DNA from: Nitrospirota bacterium
Lineage (GTDB): Bacteria; Nitrospirota; UBA9217
Direction: 5' to 3'
NCBI GenBank assembly: GCA_963741205.1
Contig: CAVUHW010000008.1
Span: 160,001 to 224,000 of the forward strand
Length of the DNA: 64,000 bases
Positions 42,796 to 53,007 of this stretch are shown in pieces (positions within the stretch are counted from its first letter, which is position 1; each line of letters opens with the position of its first letter). Both the position numbers and the translations under genes were made by a program. The notes beneath the pieces are model-generated. The model was not told where the DNA came from. It ran no database searches and saw only the letters and a program-made list of their open reading frames with translations.

Positions 42796-42879
42796 TGCTG
42801 GAGCTGACAGGCATCCGAAGGGGATAGTTGAATAAATTATCCCCTGTTTTTTTACCTTGAAATCGTCCCAGGAGGTGAG

Positions 42880-43182
42880 ATGATGAAACTTGCGGTTTTT
42901 TTAAGCGACTGGAGAAGGACTGAAGATACATTCGAGAAAATGAAGGCCGACAAGATGGGGGTAATCTTCGTCGGCAACGGCGTTTACCATGCCGTCGTCA
43001 AGGAGAACGGGAAGGACTCTCCCGTGTTGTCCAAGGCGGGCGCAAGCTTTTATGTGCTGTCGGACGACCTCGAAACCAGAGGGTTTACTTCAGCGCAGGT
43101 GAATTCCAAGGTGAAGGTCATCGGCTACGGCGACATCGTCGATCTCATCATGAACGACTACGAGAAGACAGCGTGGTTGTAG
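42880..43182 (+). CDS. dsrH: DsrH/TusB family sulfur relay protein
   Basis: 100 aa; GNGVYHAV, YVLSDDLETRG and IGYGDIVDLI..W motifs. Confidence 0.8.
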   Translation: MMKLAVFLSDWRRTEDTFEKMKADKMGVIFVGNGVYHAVVKENGKDSPVLSKAGASFYVLSDDLETRGFTSAQVNSKVKVIGYGDIVDLIMNDYEKTAWL

Positions 43183-43280
43183 TATGAAAAGCACGAGGGA
43201 CGAGGAGTAACCGCCCGTTGTCCGGGTGGACGAAGCGCGCAGTCGTCCTGCGTCCATCGCGTATTTTAAAGGAGGCTATC

Positions 43281-43641
43281 ATGGCAGAACTGACATTAGG
43301 CGTATTCCCTTCTCTGGTCGGCTCGATGACGCTTGACTTCTCATTCAAGCTCGCCGAGGCCGCTATCTCCAAGGGCCACAAGGTGAACATGTGGCTGTCC
43401 GGCAACGCGGTGATGATGGCCAAGAAGGGGCAGAGAGCATTCAAGGATTATTCGTTTAATGAGAAAAAACATGATGGAGCTGATCGCAAAGGGCATGGCG
43501 ATCACCGTGTGCGAGGCCTGCGCCGAGGCGCGGGGCTACCATAAGGAAGACACGCCCGAGGGAATGAAACGCGCAAGCATGGATTGGTTCCTGGCGAAGA
43601 CCGACAAGACCGACCGACTGCTCCATATAGGAGGTGAGTAA
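43281..43641 (+). CDS. dsrE: DsrE/TusD family sulfur relay protein (indel in the A run near 43465)
   Basis: KLAEAAISKGHKV, WLSGNAV and active-site-like VCEACAEARG. Confidence 0.8.
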
Positions 43642-44055
43642 ATGGGTGCCGTAAAATTAATGTTCGTTGTTCAGAGACCGCCCTACAAGAGTGAAAACCC
43701 CCGCCTGGCGCTTACCCATGCGATCTGCGAGCCAGACCGCCGAGATCTATATGGACGACGGCGACTCCGTTGTCCCGACCGTCGTGTTCGTTGGAGACGG
43801 CGTGCTGAACGCGGTAAAAAACCAGCAGGCCATGAAATTGTACGGCGTGACGAGCACCGAGAGCCACATCAAAAATTGCCTGCTCATCGATATGCCGATC
43901 TGGGTGTGCAAGGAAGATATGGAGCGCCTCGGCTTGAAGAGGACCAGATGGTCGCCGATGCCGATGAAATGGGCGCCGAGCTCAGGACGCAGTTCGTTTC
44001 ATTCGCGGACATCCAGAAAGAGATGGAGTCGGTTAAGCACCTGCTGTTCTTCTAG
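43642..44055 (+). CDS. dsrF: DsrF/TusC-like protein (indels)
   Basis: MFVVQRPPYKSE, VFVGDGVLNAVKNQ, VCKEDMERLG and KHLLFF across frames. Confidence 0.7.
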   Translation: MGAVKLMFVVQRPPYKSENPRLALTHAICEPDRRDLYGRRRLRCPDRRVRWRRRAERGKKPAGHEIVRRDEHREPHQKLPAHRYADLGVQGRYGAPRLEEDQMVADADEMGAELRTQFVSFADIQKEMESVKHLLFF

Positions 44056-44103
44056 CGGGCACTGAGGCGCCGCAGGGACTTCATCGTCGGCTTTGTGAAG
44101 GAT

Positions 44104-44620
44104 ATGAATCTCAATCAACATCTCAAAGAAAAGAAACCCGATATCCTGAAGAAATGGTTCGATGCGATCGCCGGGACCTATGCGAACGAGACGACCACCT
44201 TTTTAAAAAAGCAGAAGGCCCAGTTTACGAATCCCGTCGGCTATACCTTGGCGGAAGGGATCGATGGTCTCTTCGAGGGACTGCTCAAGGGGCTGTTGCC
44301 CGATGAGGTTTCCCGGTTTCTCGACAGCATCGTCAGAATCAGGGCGATCCAGGATTTTACGCCATCCGAGGCCGTTTCGTTTATCTTTCATGCTCAAGAA
44401 CGTGGTCCGGCAGGAACTCGGCAGCGAGGCACTGGCTCAGCAGGGCATTGCCGAAGAACTCGTGACCTTCGAGTCCGCTGTAGACGACCTGGCCCTGTAC
44501 GCATTCGATCTCTACATGAAATGCCGGGAAAAAATCTATGAGCTCAAGGCGAACGAAGCGAGAAGTATGACCTTCAGGCTCTTGCAGCAGGCGCGTCTGA
44601 TCGTCGACAACCAGGACTGA
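44104..44620 (+). CDS. dsrT: DsrT (RsbRD N-terminal domain; indel near 44390)
   Basis: ILKKW..TY, QFTNPVG, IVRIRAIQDFTPSEAV and AFDLYMKCREKIYELKANE motifs; precedes dsrM. Confidence 0.9.
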
Positions 44621-44676
44621 CAGAGGGGTTCGAAGATCGCTTGGGCTGCTAACCTAAATCGAAAAGAGGTAACGAA

Positions 44677-45676
44677 ATGAAAGCTTACAATTTCTTTCAT
44701 TGCAGTGCTGGCCCTCGCGGCGATAGCCTATGCGGGGGTGGCGATGGGGAACATGCAGTACCTCTTCGGGGTTGTCATTCCCTATCTGGCGGTTGCTCGT
44801 TTTTGTCATCTTCATGATCGTCGCGCATAGTGAAGTGGGGCAGCTCACCGAATCCCTTTCGCATCCCCACGACCTGCGGACAGCAGAAATCCCTTCCCTG
44901 GATCAAACACAGCAAGCTGGAAAACCCCTCGGGCGTCCTCGGCGTCGCGGGCAGGATGGCCCTGGAAGTTCTGTTCTTCCGCTCCCTCTTCAGAAACCTG
45001 AAGACTGCATTGACGCACAAGGGATCTCAGCTCGCTTACGGAGAGGCGAAATGGCTCTGGGCCGCGGGCATGGCGTTCCATTGGTCTTTCCTCTTCATTT
45101 TGATCAGGCACCTGCGGTTTTTTACCGAGCAGGTGCCGGTGGCGGTGAAGATGGCGGAAGGGCTTGACAGCTTCCTCCAGATCGGGACCCCGCTCCTGTA
45201 TATAACCGATGTCCTGCTTCTCGGTGCCGTGCTCTATGCTCTTCATCAGGAGGGTCGGGCTTCCCCAGATGCGGTATTTGTCCCTCGCCAACGATTATTT
45301 CCCCCTCTTCGTGATCTTCGGCATCGGCCTCACGGGCGTGCTGATGCGCTATTTCTATAAAACGGACCTCATCAGCATAAAGATGCTGGCCATGGGACTC
45401 GTAAGCCTCAGCCCGGCGGTCCCCAAGGGGATCGGCCCGCTTTTCTACGTCCACCTGTTCCTCGTCTGCACGCTGTTCGCCTACTTCCCCTTCAGCAAGC
45501 TGGTGCACATGGGCGGCGTGTTCATGAGCCCGACCCGGGTGCTGGCGAACACCAGCCGCTCGAAGCAGCATGTCAACCCCTGGAACTACCCGGTCCATGT
45601 CCACACCTACGAAGAATACGAAAATGATTTCAGGGCTAAGATGAAAGATGCCGGCCTGCCGGTCGAAAAGGAGTAA
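44677..45676 (+). CDS. dsrM: DsrM membrane b-type cytochrome (indels)
   Basis: PFRIPTTCGQQKSLPWI, EVLFFRSLFRN, AFHWSF..RHLRFF, VHLFLV and YFPFSKLVHMGG motifs. Confidence 0.93.
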
Positions 45677-45678
45677 TC

Positions 45679-47298
45679 ATGGCGAAACTTCCGAAACCAG
45701 AAGAGCTGGCGAAAATTGATTACACGATGCCGAAAACGGACTGGATGGATACGCCCGTTGTGATCAAAGAAGGCATGTTCTGTCACGGCTCGAAGCCGAA
45801 AAGTCTGGAGATCGTAGGTTTCCCGAACCCGCGGGACTGGAGACCCGCTGACGCGGACTGGAAACTTCCCGAAAACTGGAAGCAGATCATCCTCGAGGGG
45901 ATCGCGGAGCGCCTTGAAAAGTACCGGTCCTTCCGGCTTTTCATGGATATCTGCGTGCGCTGCGGCGCCTGTGCGGACAAGTGCCACTTCTTCATCGGCA
46001 CCGGCGATCCGAAGAACATGCCGGTGCTCCGGGCCGAGCTCATCCGTTCGGTCTATAGAAAAGAATTCACGCTCGCCGGGAAGCTCTTCGGCAAGATGGC
46101 CGGCGCCCGGGAACTTACCGTCGATGTGCTGAAGGAGTGGTGGTACTACTTCTACCAGTGCACCGAGTGCCGCCGCTGCTCGGTCTTCTGCCCCTACGGC
46201 ATCGACCAGGCCGAGATCACGATAATCGGACGGGAGCTCTTGAATCTGCTCGGCCTGAACATCGAGTGGATCGCGGGGCCGGTCTCTAACTGCTACATGA
46301 AGGGCAACCACCTGGGCCTCGAGCCCCACACGATCGTCGGAAACCTCGAATACATGCTCGACGACATCGAAACCGTCACTGGCAAAAGGATCAAGCCGAC
46401 CTTCAACCGGAAGGGCGCCGAGATCCTGTTCGTTACGCCGTCGGGCGACCTCTTTGCGGATCCCGGCACCTACACGGCCATGGGCTATCTCATGCTGTTC
46501 GAGGAACTCGGCCTGGACTACACCTGGAGCACCTACGCCTCGGAAGGCGGCAACTTCGGGTTCTTTACCTCAAACGAGATGGCCAAGCGGCTCAATTCCA
46601 AGATCTACGCCGAGGCCAAGCGGCTCGGCGTGAAGTGGATCCTGGGCGGAGAGTGCGGCCACATGTGGCGGGTGCTCTCCCAGTACATGGACACCTGGAA
46701 CGGTCCGGCCGATTTCCTCGAGGTCCCGAAATCTCCGATCACCGGCACGGTCTTCGAGAACGCGAAATCCATGAAGATGGTCCACGTCGCGGAGTTCACC
46801 GCGGACCTGATCAAGAACAACAAGCTCAAGCTCGATCCGAAGCGGAACGACCACCTCAAGGTGACCTGGCACGACTCCTGTAATACCTCCCGCGGCATGG
46901 GCCTCTTGGATGAGCCGCGCTACGTGCTCAAGAGTGTGGTGAACCACTTCTACGAGATGCCGGAGGACACCATCCGCGAAAAGACCTTCTGCTGCGGCAG
47001 CGGCACGGGCTTGAACGCCTCGGAAGATATGGACCTCAGGATGAAGGGCGGGTTCCCCCGCGCGAACGCGGTCAAGTTCGTCGCCGAGCATCACGGCGTC
47101 AACATGCTGGCCAACATCTGCGCCATCGACCGGGCGACGCTCAAGGCGCTCATGGAATACTGGGTGCCCAGCGTGGGCGTCTGCGGCCTTCACGAACTCG
47201 TGGCAAACGCCCTCATCATGACCGGCGAGAAGGAACGGACGACCGACCTGCGCGGCGAGCCTCTTCCGTCAGCCCAAGTGAAGGAGGAAAAGGCCTAA
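45679..47298 (+). CDS. dsrK: DsrK Fe-S subunit (HdrD-like)
   Basis: CVRCGACADKCH, CTECRRCSVFCP, GECGH, HDSC and TFCCG motifs. Confidence 0.96.
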   Translation: MAKLPKPEELAKIDYTMPKTDWMDTPVVIKEGMFCHGSKPKSLEIVGFPNPRDWRPADADWKLPENWKQIILEGIAERLEKYRSFRLFMDICVRCGACADKCHFFIGTGDPKNMPVLRAELIRSVYRKEFTLAGKLFGKMAGARELTVDVLKEWWYYFYQCTECRRCSVFCPYGIDQAEITIIGRELLNLLGLNIEWIAGPVSNCYMKGNHLGLEPHTIVGNLEYMLDDIETVTGKRIKPTFNRKGAEILFVTPSGDLFADPGTYTAMGYLMLFEELGLDYTWSTYASEGGNFGFFTSNEMAKRLNSKIYAEAKRLGVKWILGGECGHMWRVLSQYMDTWNGPADFLEVPKSPITGTVFENAKSMKMVHVAEFTADLIKNNKLKLDPKRNDHLKVTWHDSCNTSRGMGLLDEPRYVLKSVVNHFYEMPEDTIREKTFCCGSGTGLNASEDMDLRMKGGFPRANAVKFVAEHHGVNMLANICAIDRATLKALMEYWVPSVGVCGLHELVANALIMTGEKERTTDLRGEPLPSAQVKEEKA

Positions 47299-47720
47299 TG
47301 AAACTCTATGACGGCGGTAAAATACTCATCGGGCTTCTGGTGTTCGTGGCCATCGCCACGTTCCCGTTTTATTACAATATCGGGAAGGTGAACGCCAAGC
47401 CCGAACCGAAGCTCGATACCCCGGAAATTCTGAAGATGCCGGAGCAGGAAAGAAAGTGTGTGGAATCCAAGGCGTTCATGCGGACGGAGCACATGCAGCT
47501 CCTCAACAACTGGCGCGATTCCGTGGTGCGCGACGGCTACCGGCAGTACGTAAGCGAAAATTCCGGCAAGCATTACAACATGAGCCTGCAGAACGAATGC
47601 ATGCGTTGCCACTCGAACAAGAAAAAGTTCTGCGACCAATGCCACAACTATATGGCCGTGAAGCCCTATTGCTGGGATTGCCATATCGCCCCGAAGGAGA
47701 AGGAGGATGAAAAATCATGA
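47298..47720 (+). CDS. dsrJ: DsrJ triheme cytochrome c
   Basis: CVES..MRTEHMQLLNNWRDSVVRDG and three CxxCH motifs (CMRCH, CDQCH, CWDCH). Confidence 0.95.
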   Translation: MKLYDGGKILIGLLVFVAIATFPFYYNIGKVNAKPEPKLDTPEILKMPEQERKCVESKAFMRTEHMQLLNNWRDSVVRDGYRQYVSENSGKHYNMSLQNECMRCHSNKKKFCDQCHNYMAVKPYCWDCHIAPKEKEDEKS

Positions 47721-48565
47721 GCATGGATAGAAGACAATTCCTGAAGATAGCCGGCATTTCCTCCCTCCTGGGGCTCGGCGCGACCGCGGCGTCCGCCACG
47801 CATAACGTATGGGTCAAGGGGATCGAGCCGCCCGAGGTGGAGCCGAACCCGGAAGCGCTGAAGGCCGCGCACTGGGCCATGGTCGTTGACATGAGCAAGT
47901 TCAAGACCGAGGAAGACTTCGAGAAAACAATCAGCGCCTGCCACACGATCCACAATGTCCCGAACTTCAGAAATGCCGACGGCACCGTCGACATCAAGGA
48001 CGAGGTCAAGTGGATCTGGAAAGCCAGGTACGAGAACGCGTTCCCGGACCAGGAAAATCCCTACATGGACGAGAAACTCAAGGAAATGCCCTTTATCGTG
48101 CTGTGCAACCACTGCGAGAACCCTCCCTGCGTGCGGGTATGCCCGACCCAGGCGACCTTCAAGCGGAAGTCGGACGGCATCGTGATGATGGACATGCACC
48201 GCTGCATCGGCTGCCGGTTCTGCATGGCTGCCTGTCCCTATGGAGCCAGGAGCTTCAATTACCGCGACCCGCGCGGAAAGAATGCAAATGGAGAACCTTT
48301 CATAAAGAGCGAGAACAAGGAATATCCCACGCGTACCAAGGGCGTGGTGGAGAAATGCACCTTCTGCACCGAGCGGCTCGCCTTCGGAAAACTTCCGGCC
48401 TGCGTCGAGGCGGCTCCCAAGGGCGGGTTGATCTTCGGCGACCTCGCGGACAAGAATTCGGAGGTCCGGAAGATCGTCGAGACCAGGTACACCATCCGGC
48501 GCAAGTCGGACCTTGGGACCGGGCCGAGCGTTTACTATCTGATAGGAGGTAACGAACATGCTTGA
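47717..48565 (+). CDS. dsrO: DsrO periplasmic Fe-S protein
   Basis: Tat signal DRRQFLK; CNHCENPPCVRVCP, CIGCRFCMAACP and CTFC motifs. Confidence 0.95.
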   Translation: MSMDRRQFLKIAGISSLLGLGATAASATHNVWVKGIEPPEVEPNPEALKAAHWAMVVDMSKFKTEEDFEKTISACHTIHNVPNFRNADGTVDIKDEVKWIWKARYENAFPDQENPYMDEKLKEMPFIVLCNHCENPPCVRVCPTQATFKRKSDGIVMMDMHRCIGCRFCMAACPYGARSFNYRDPRGKNANGEPFIKSENKEYPTRTKGVVEKCTFCTERLAFGKLPACVEAAPKGGLIFGDLADKNSEVRKIVETRYTIRRKSDLGTGPSVYYLIGGNEHA

Positions 48566-49731
48566 GAAAGCATTCGTAGGAAGTAAAAAATACTGGGCAT
48601 GGGTCTTCTTCCTGGGCGCCCTGGCCGTGTCGGGAGTCTACTATTACCTCCAGCAGTTCGAATATGGTTTGGGTATTACCGGCCTCTCCCGGGATGTTTC
48701 GTGGGGACTGTACATCGGCCAGTTTACGTTCCTCGTCGGCGTCGCGGCCTCGGCCGTGATGCTCGTCATTCCCCACTATCTGCATGATTATAAGAAGTTC
48801 AGCAAGATCGTGATCCTGGGAGAATTCCTCGCCATAGCGGCGGTCACCATGTGCATCCTGTTCATCTTCGTGGACATGGGCCAGCCCATGAGGATCATCG
48901 AACGTGATCCTTCATCCGACGCCGAATTCGGTCATGTTCTGGGATTCGGTGGTGCTCATAGGCTATCTTTGCCTGAACCTCATGATCGGCTGGGTGACCT
49001 TAGGCTCCGACCGGAAGGGCGTGCCGCCTCCGAAGTGGATCAAGCCGTTCATCTACCTGTCCGTACCCTGGGCAGTCAGCATCCACACCGTAACGGCGTT
49101 CCTGTACGCCGGTCTCCCGGGGCGGCATTTCTGGCTCAGCGCAGTCATGGCGGCCCGGTTCCTGGCCTCGGCCTTTGCCGGCGGCCCGGCGCTTTTGATC
49201 CTCCTGGCCCTGATCGTGCGGAAAGTCACGAAGTTCGACCCGGGCAAGGAACCGATCCAGACGCTCGGGGTGATCGTGGCCTACGCCATGTTCGCCAACG
49301 TCTTCCTCCTCGGCCTGGAGTTCTTTACCGCATTCTACAGCAATATCCCGGGCCACATGGAGTCCTTCAAGTATCTCTACGCCGGGCTTGACGGGCATCA
49401 TGAGCTTGTGCCCCTGATGTGGACCTCGAGCATCTTTGCGGCCGTATCGCTCATCATGCTCCTGATCCCTCGCATTCGTAGGAACGAAGGTTCGCTTGCT
49501 TTTGCCTGCATCATGCTGTTCATCTCGCTCTGGATCGACAAGGGCTTCGGCCTGGTTATCGGCGGTTTCGTGCCGAACATGATGAACCAGGTCCGGACCT
49601 ACTGGCCCACGAGGCAGGAGTCTATCATTACGCTCGGCGTGTGGGCCATCGGGTTCCTGATCCTTACGTTCCTCTATAAGATCGCCGTGTCGGTCAGGGA
49701 AGAGACGGCGGGGATAGAAATAGAGCATTGA
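48558..49731 (+). CDS. dsrP: DsrP NrfD/PsrC-like membrane subunit (indel near 48900)
   Basis: GLSRDVSWGLYI, VGVAASAV, VDMGQP, WAVSIHTVTAF, ARFLASAF and WIDKG motifs. Confidence 0.95.
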
Positions 49732-49761
49732 TAATTTGACGTCAAGCTGGTCAACGAATTC

Positions 49762-49796
49762 AGGGGCCCATCCGAATTGCGGATGGGCCCTCTTTT
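49762..49796 (+). terminator. terminator after dsrP
   Basis: GGGCCCATCCG / CGGATGGGCCC stem followed by TCTTTT. Confidence 0.75.
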
Positions 49797-49888
49797 ATCT
49801 TCATTTCTCTCTTGATTTTATCGGTCCTGCCGGGTAATATTAAGTGCTTTTTGGAATCTTACTTTTACCGAAGGAGGAAACAGGCCAC

Positions 49889-50074
49889 ATGTATATGGTA
49901 ACAATCGACAGAGGCAAGTGCGACGGGGACGGCACCTGCACGAATGTGTGTCCGCAGTCGGTGTTCAAGGTTGAAGGCGGCAAGGCCGACCCGGTGAACA
50001 TGTCCGAATGCATCAACTGCCTGACCTGCGTGGAGAACTGCCCGCAGCAGGCGATTACCGTCACCGAACTGTAA
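49889..50074 (+). CDS. dicluster ferredoxin, copy 2
   Basis: 61 aa, 53 of 61 residues identical to copy 1; RBS AAGGAGG. Confidence 0.92.
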   Translation: MYMVTIDRGKCDGDGTCTNVCPQSVFKVEGGKADPVNMSECINCLTCVENCPQQAITVTEL

Positions 50075-50094
50075 TCAAGCGGCATCAATTCATG

Positions 50095-50132
50095 AAAAAG
50101 GGGGCCGGTCCATGACCGGTCCCCCTTTTTTT
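50095..50132. terminator. bidirectional terminator after ferredoxin 2
   Basis: AAAAAGGGGGCCGGTC-CAT-GACCGGTCCCCCTTTTTTT. Confidence 0.85.
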
Positions 50133-50259
50133 ATTTGAAGAGGCTTTCGTCGAGCGGTGGTTGCAACTCCTTCCCTTCTATCCTTTTCAGTGAGTCCCTG
50201 TTGACCTGCGTCGCTCCCTCGCGTGCAGCTTAAAACGAGGTGGGACCGACCGTCACTCC

Positions 50260-50525
50260 TTATACTATCGCAGCCAACTTCAGCAGCAGGAATACCAGCA
50301 GCATTTGGTCCGATTTAAAGAATTTTGTCGTATCGCTTTTCACATCGGAAATGCTGTCGGAGCTGTCTTTAAACCAGATGTACATGGTCTTGTCGCCGTT
50401 TCCGGCGCTCAAGGTAAAATCTACCGCACGGAAATATTCTTTTTTTATCAGTGAAGGTTATCCAGTCAGGATTTGACGCGTTCGGCGTAAACTGGATGTT
50501 CAGATGCATAATATGCCATTCCGCC
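50260..50525 (-). pseudogene. remnant of a surface-protein beta-sandwich repeat gene
   Basis: Joining frames gives YYASE..PNASNPDWITF..VDFTLSAGNGDKTMYIWFKDSSDSISDVKSD plus a hydrophobic end; no intact ORF. Confidence 0.45.
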
Positions 50526-50581
50526 CATTTCCTTTCGCCAGCCGCCCCACCGGGAAAGGACAAAAACATCCATTTACGCAC

Positions 50582-50615
50582 AAAAAGGGCGGCCTGAGAA
50601 GGCCGCCCCTGTTTT
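50582..50615 (-). terminator. terminator after the slipin gene
   Basis: AAAAAGGGCGGCCT-GAGA-AGGCCGCCC. Confidence 0.8.
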
Positions 50616-50642
50616 GAATTCCGGATGCAATTTTTTCCGCTG

Positions 50643-51416
50643 CTAATCCTTTTTCGCGACCAGCTTCTGGAACGCCGAGAGCAGGTCGATCGGGAGCGGG
50701 AAGATGATAGTGGAGTTCTTCTCCGAAGCGATCTCCGTCAGGGTCTGGAGGTAGCGGAGCTGGAGGGAGGTCGGGTTCTTGCTGATGATCTCGGAAGCCT
50801 CGGCCAGCTTGGAAGCTGCCTGCAGTTCGCCTTCGGCATGGATGATCTTTGCCCGCCGTTCGCGTTCCGCCTGGGCCTGAATCGCGATCGCGCGCTGCAT
50901 CTCTGCGGGCAGATCCACGTTTTTCACTTCCACGGTGGTCACCTTGACCCCCCACGGTTCCGTCTGCTGGTCGATCACTTTTTGGAGCTCGGCATTGATG
51001 GCCTCGCGGTTCGAGAGCAGGTCGTCGAAGGTGTTCTGGCCAAGGATGCTCCGAAGGGTGGTCTGGGCGATCTGGGACGTTGCGTAATAGAAATCCTCGA
51101 CCTCGATAATGGCCTTCTGCGGGTCGATGACCCTGAAGTAGACCACGGCGTTCACCTTCACGGTCACGTTGTCCTTGGTGATCACGTCCTGGGACGGGAC
51201 GTCCATGGTGACCGTCCTGAGGCTCACCCTCACCATTTTCTGGATGCCGGGCCAGAGGAAAATGATCCCCGGTCCCTTGACGCCTTCTTCAATGCTGACC
51301 TTGCCGAGGGTGAAGATGACGCCCCGCTCGTACTGTTTCAATATCTTGATGATGTTGTACAGAATGGCTAGGAAAACGATGATGGTGAAAAGAAAACCTG
51401 TGGCAAAGATCTGCAT
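50643..51416 (-). CDS. slipin / stomatin-like SPFH protein
   Basis: [41 protein letters not shown]-like segment and LQLRYLQTL. Confidence 0.93.
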   Translation of the reverse strand: MQIFATGFLFTIIVFLAILYNIIKILKQYERGVIFTLGKVSIEEGVKGPGIIFLWPGIQKMVRVSLRTVTMDVPSQDVITKDNVTVKVNAVVYFRVIDPQKAIIEVEDFYYATSQIAQTTLRSILGQNTFDDLLSNREAINAELQKVIDQQTEPWGVKVTTVEVKNVDLPAEMQRAIAIQAQAERERRAKIIHAEGELQAASKLAEASEIISKNPTSLQLRYLQTLTEIASEKNSTIIFPLPIDLLSAFQKLVAKKD

Positions 51417-51434
51417 GTGAAACCTCCTTTAGTA

Positions 51435-51512
51435 GCGATGCGAGTTGCGTGTTGCGAGTTGCGAGGTAAAAGATATTAACCCGCAACCCGCACCCCGCAA
51501 CCCGCAACACGC
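51435..51512. repeat. 7-bp-periodic inverted element (TTGCGAG / CCCGCAA type)
   Basis: GCGATGCGAGTTGCGTGTTGCGAGTTGCGAGG ... AACCCGCAACCCGCACCCCGCAACCCGCAACACGC, between nfeD and slipin. Confidence 0.75.
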
Positions 51513-51515
51513 TTT

Positions 51516-52862
51516 TTATCCTGTCTTTTTCACTTTCACCTTCAGCCCTTCAACGGCGACGACCTTGACTTTCTCTCCCTTCTGGATCGGCTCGTCGCTC
51601 CAGGCGCTCCAGTACTCTCCGCGCATGAATACCTGGCCGTCCGCAAGGATGTCCGTTTTGGCTACTGCCTGCATGCCGATCATGCCTTCTTTGCCCGTGG
51701 TGGGCTTTTCCCGGTAGACCCGCACGGCAACGGTCACCGTGATGATGAACAGGATCGCTGATACGGCGACGGCGGGTATGATCACGGCCCAGGATATCTG
51801 CAGAGCCGGCGATGTGGAATCGATAAGCATGATCGAACCCAGCAGCATGGAAACGGTGCCCCCGATGCCCAAAACGCCGTGGCTCGTTATGAACGCCTCG
51901 GCGATGAAGAGGCTGATGCCGATGATGATGAGGATGAGGCCCGCGTAGTTGATGGGAAGGGTATGGAGCGCGTAAAAGGCGAGGACCAGGCAGATCGCTC
52001 CAGCCACGCCGGGGAAGATCGCGCCCGGGTTCGAGAGCTCGAAGTAGAGACCGTAGAAGCCGAGGATCATCAGGATGTAGGCGATGTTGGGATTGCTGAT
52101 GATTTCGAGGAGACGGTACCGGAAGCCCATCGGGACTTTCTTGACTTTCGCGCCCTCGGTCTGGAGTGTCTTGTTGCCGATGACGAGGTTGACGGTCCTG
52201 CCGTTGATGTCCTTGACCAGGGTATCGATGTCGGGAGCGACTAAGTCGATCACGTGTTCTTTGAGGGCCTCGGTCATCGGTTATCGAAACGCTTTTTCTC
52301 ACGGCCTGTTCCGCCCATTTCGCGTTCTTTCCCCGCTTCTCGGCGATTCCCCGGGCCATGGCCGCCAGATCATTGACGACCTTTGTTTCCATGGTCTTGT
52401 CCATCTTGCCCTGCATCGTGACGGGATGGGCCGCGCCCATATGCGTCGTCGGCGCCATGGCGGCGATGTTGGCCGCGAGGGTGATGAACACTCCCGCCGA
52501 CGCGGCCCTGGCGCCGCTCGGAGCGACATAGACCACAGTCGGCACGTTGGCATGCCATCATCTTCATGACGATCTGCTGCATGGAATCAACGAGGCCGCC
52601 GGGCGTATTCAACTGGATGATGATCGCCTCGGCCTTGCTGTCCTGAGCCCTGTCGATGGATTTGACGATGTATTCGGCGACAACGGGTGTGATGGGCGCG
52701 TCTATCTCGATCAGGAAGATTTGTTTCTGCGTCTCGGACGACGGCGGGGGTCGGCGTCTTTCCGGTCTTCAGTTTTTCGGCTGAGAGGGACTTTTCCACA
52801 ATACCGGAAAGGAACAATGTGAAAGAGAGAAACAGGAACAGCCATCTCGCGTTTTTTTTCAT
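51516..52862 (-). CDS. nfeD: NfeD membrane-bound serine protease (indels)
   Basis: NTPGGLV, YVAPSGARAASAG, AAMAPTTHMGAAHPV, PNIAYIL, FELSNPG and a C-terminal OB domain with GEYWSA. Confidence 0.9.
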
Positions 52863-53007
52863 TTACTCGCGCCTCGCAATAAAAAAAGTATATCCGTATT
52901 GAACGATGCTGTCAAGAAGTGCTTGACTCACAAAGGATTTTTCTGTAGCATCGGGTCACATACAAGCGGAAAATAGCCATCTTTATCTTTTCACAGGAAG
53001 ATGCGGC

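Noticed and set aside
47880-47960. Missing first Cys motif in DsrO as a novelty
   Set aside because: Loss of one Fe-S motif is a known trait of DsrO in sulfate reducers.
16864-51512. Short tandem repeats read as CRISPR arrays
   Set aside because: The units are 7-10 bp with no unique spacers, and there are no cas genes in the window.
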